A stretch of 64,000 nucleotides of DNA from the human T2T-CHM13v2.0 reference genome, Homo sapiens: assembly GCF_009914755.1 (NCBI RefSeq), contig NC_060925.1; one strand, 5' to 3'. Below the pieces are notes generated by a model. The model saw nothing but the letters and a program-made list of their open reading frames with translations, made no database searches and had not been told where the DNA came from. Below are positions 58,226 through 64,000 of the stretch, one piece after another (position 1 is the stretch's first letter; every line of letters begins with the position of its first letter). The translations under genes and the position numbers were made by a program.

Positions 58226-58950
58226 GGGTGTAATAGACATGTTGTCATTATCTGCCCAACTACTTCCTCTCCTGATAGAAGCGCCATCCTATCTTACTTT
58301 GGGGAGCTATTACTCCAATCCAATCAACTGCCAAGCATAGTACTCTACCCTCAATTCTACAGGTATATGATCGATATCTGGCCAATCACAGTGCCCCCAA
58401 GTCCTAGCTATACTTCTGACTCTAAGGACTGAACGTGAAATTTAGAGCACATCAATCAAAATCCTCTGAAATAATATATACTGATATATTTGCTTCCTTC
58501 TAAGGCTGCTAAACTGAGATGATGTAAGTCTGGAGCTGCCTGTGGCTTTGGCCTCTGTTGTATAGAGGAAGCCTATTTGTAGGAGACAATATGGCCAGAA
58601 AGAGAAACAGAGAGATGAAAAACAGGACGACACGGGATCTCTGGAATTATTTTTTATATTTTATTTATTGAAAAAAAATTTTTTTTGAGACAGGGTCTCA
58701 CTTTGTCACCCAGGTTGGAGTCAGCTGTGTGATCATAGCTCACTGCAGCCTGAAACTCCTGCCTGAACCTCCCCAAAGTGCTAGGATTACAGGCATGAGC
58801 CACCATGCCCAACTGGAATCCCTGGATTTAGTTGACGATGCAGCTAGTTCCACCTCTGTGCTTACAAATTAAATGAACCAATAAATCCCCCTTTACTGCT
58901 TAAGGTAGTTTTAGTTAGCTTTCTGTCACTTGCAAACAGACTTCTAATAT
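58226..58950 (+). mobile_element. Old MLT1 (H/J-like) LTR with an Alu fragment inside
   Basis: AATGAACCAATAAATCCCCCTTTACTGCTTAAGGTAGTTTTAGTTAGCTTTCTGTCACTTGCAA terminus. Confidence 0.55.
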
Positions 58951-59283
58951 CCAGAAATAGACTTCTAAGGATAGAGGAAGTGAAGTGGGTCTAATATAAT
59001 AAATCTTAGTTCTCAGGGTAGAAAGCAGGGTGAAACAGAAATAGAAACTTCTGTTCATGAACAGGTTTACAGAGTGTCCCATTAGTCCAACTTATTTTTG
59101 ATTCTATGGTATCCAACAAATTTGTATTGAAATTAAATGAAATGTGGTTTCTGTGTTCTTCTGGCACTAAATAAACATAGTACCTTGAGTGGCAGTCTTA
59201 TGAATAATTTTCATTTTCTTTTTATCTGCATTTTCTGATTTGCCTATAATAAACATATGTAGATTTTTCACCATGTTAAATCA

Positions 59284-59356
59284 AACATTTATCATTATTC
59301 TTTATCAACTATTGTATTAGTTTCCTCAACATTTATCATCACTCTTTACCAACTAT

Positions 59357-59370
<14 letters not shown>
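59284..59370. repeat. 44-bp tandem duplication
   Basis: AACATTTATCAT(T/C)A(T/C)TCTTTA(T/C)CAACTATTGTATTAGTTTCCT twice (59284-59326 and 59328-59370). Confidence 0.9.
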
Positions 59371-61620
<2,250 letters not shown>

Positions 61621-62010
61621 CTATCTACATGTAAATGAATATGAAAGGTAATTAATATAAAAACTGTGAAGTAAGCACAGCCTACCTTTGTAAATAAAAG
61701 GCACAATTTCAATGGTTGGATGAAAGCTCCCAAGGAAAAATAAGCTGGTCTGGCTTCAGCTTCCCTGACAGTCACAAAGCCTATTCTGGGGAAGTGAGGG
61801 AACAAAGCTTTAAGTGATTTCTTGGAAACAAAGGGCTTAATATTGTTGGGGTTTCTGGCCAGGCTGGAACATGCATTTGGCAGGCATAAATTCAGGGATG
61901 AACTCCTATGAATTTTCTACTTGCAAGCTCTCCAAGAGTAGGTACATAGTAGAACATTTCCAGCAGGTCAAAGAAGGAACAGGAACTTCATTAGAACACA
62001 GAACACAGTC

Positions 62011-62170
62011 TTGGGGACTCGGGAGAAAGGGTGGGAGTGGGGCAATGGATAAAAGACTACAAATGGGGTGCAGCATATACTGCTTGGGTGATGGATGCAC
62101 CAAAATCTTACAAATCACCACTAAATAACTTACTCATGTAACCAACCACCACTTGCATCCCAATAACCTG
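62011..62170 (+). mobile_element. Short L1PB-like 3' end fragment
   Basis: GGGGACTCGGGAGAAAGGGTGGGAG...GATAAAAGACTAC...CAAAATCTTACAAATCACCACTAAA; flanked by AGAACAC(A/G)GTC direct repeats near 62000 and 62184. Confidence 0.7.
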
Positions 62171-62399
62171 CGTGTGGTGGGGAAGAACACGGTCAGATTG
62201 TGGGCCAGTTTTCCCCTGGGCTGTTTCTCAGTGTAAAATGATGGTACAACGATAGCAGCCATCTTTGTGATGACAGCTCTCATGAGCCACAGTGTTCCAA
62301 TCTGAACCAGTTGCCTTCTACGGAGTGTACATATATAATCCTGACAGACAGCCCTTCACCAAGCTCTTTGGAAGAGTCCCGTCACTGCTTCCCTGTGTT

Positions 62400-63790
62400 T
62401 GGCTGGAAGAGCACACATCCTTCAGCAGCCCCTTGAGAAATGATATTCAGGAAGTAAATGCTTTTGAGATCTCATATATCTCCAAGTGTCTTTATTCTAC
62501 CATAACCCTTGGCTTATAATTTGGCTATGTAAAGAGTTCTAGGTTGGAAATAATTTTTTGTAAGAATTCCAAAGGCACTTCTACATTATCTTCTTTCTAG
62601 CTTCCAAAGATGTTGTTGAGAAGCGTGAAGACATTTTGATTCTTGATCCTTTATATGTAACAATCCGCCCCTCCGTCCCCCCTACACGCCTGCAGAATCT
62701 TCGTGTGCTTGGGTGTTCTCATATCTCACAAGTAACATGCTCCGGAGTTGGTCTATTTTCATCCATTGTGCAGTGACCTTTTGACTCTGGAAATTCTATC
62801 AATCAATCAGTTCTGGAAAATTCTGAATTATTTTGATGACTTCTTCCCTCCTGTTTTCTCAGGTTATTCGGCTACTGACTTTCCAGACCAGTCCTCCTAT
62901 TTTCTCTTCTGTTTTCCATGTTTGTCTTTGTTGCCTCCACTTTCTTTGAGTGTGTCAACTTTAATTCCTAACTTTCCCATTGAATTTTAATTCCTGCTAC
63001 CATATTTTTTAATTTCGACAAGCTGTTTTGTTCTGTTTCTTAATAACATCTTATATATTATTATGGCTGCAGTATCTCCTCTGAGGATTTTTTTTTTGAG
63101 ACACGGTCCGGCTCTGTCACTCAGGCTGGAGTGCAGTGTCACAATCATAGTTCATTAAAGGCTTGAATTCCTGGACTCAAGGAATCCTCCTCCCTCAGCC
63201 CCCCAAGTAGCTGAGACTATAGGCGCACAACACCATGTCTGGCTAATTCTTTTATTTTTTGTAAAGATGGGGGTCTCACTACGTTGCCCAGGCTAGTCTC
63301 AAATTTCTGGGCTCAAGTTATCCTCCCACCTTGGCCTCCCAAAGTGCTGGGATTTAGACATGAGCCATCACACCCAACCTGAGGATATATTTCTTAAAAA
63401 CAATTTTTTTCTTCTTGCATCATCTATTTCTCCATAGTCTTTCCCAGATTTGTTTTACTCCTTATCTTTCACAATGTAGAACTGCCTTATCTGGTGATCC
63501 TCAACTGTCTATTCATGTTTAAAAGTCGGGAGCTAAAGCACGGTTTAGAAGCTGTGTTGGTTGCGGGGTGGTTTGTTGAGCCTCTCTGCTCTGTGTCCTG
63601 GCTTGGTCATTTGTTGGGAAACTCTCAATTTCAACAACTGTAGTAGGTCTTTTCTCTTAGGCTGGTCAGATACTCCACAACTCTTCCAATTTCCTTCTGA
63701 GAGAAGTCCGAGGGTGGGCAATGAAGAGATGGATGACAACACTCCATATGCATTCATTCCCACAATCCCTATCTTCAACACAGAAATGTG
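62400..63790 (-). mobile_element. HAL1-like old LINE fragment
   Basis: TCTGGTGATCCTCAACTGTCTATTCATGTTTAAAAG..AGGTCTTTTCTCTTAGGCTGGTCAGAT and ORF1-like antisense text. Confidence 0.55.
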
Positions 63791-64000
63791 GCTCTCGCTA
63801 GGCGTGGTGGCTTACACCTGTAATCTCAGCACTTTGGGAGGCTGACTTGGGCAGATCACCTGAGGTAGGGAGTTTGAGACCAGCCTGACCAACATGGAGC
63901 AATCCCGTCTCTACTAAAAATACAAAATCAGCCGGGCGAAGTGGCACATGCCTGTAATCCCAGCTACTTAGGAGGCTGAGGCAGGAGAATTGTTTGAACC

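Overview
Human/primate genomic DNA, recognisable as the 5' end of TRIM33 and about 55 kb of upstream intergenic sequence. The only true protein-coding sequence is TRIM33 coding exon 1 (minus strand, 8527->8002) inside a CpG-island promoter; 1-8001 is intron 1. A full-length processed PKM pseudogene of the M2 splice form (33363-35935, +, probably PKMP1) lies upstream. The rest is repeat-dominated: more than 60 Alu copies or fragments, old L1/HAL1/L2/MIR, MLT1/MER21/LTR16 LTRs and hAT/TcMar DNA-transposon relics. Nearly all other ORFs in the track are Alu- or L1-derived artefacts. I cannot support a new multi-gene biological system. The most unusual structures readable from the sequence are: (1) an L1PA insertion joining an inverted 5'UTR piece to the last ~1.4 kb of L1, with a 3' transduction; (2) a five-level nest HAL1>MLT1>MER21>PKM2 retrocopy>AluY; (3) an orphan 3'UTR-like insert flanked by target-site duplications (TSDs); (4) a locally templated inverted insertion; (5) a cluster of fold-back and templated micro-rearrangement scars at 37-51 kb. 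Repeat family names and parent-gene comparisons come from remembered consensus sequences, not from a search; repeat boundaries are approximate unless TSDs are quoted.
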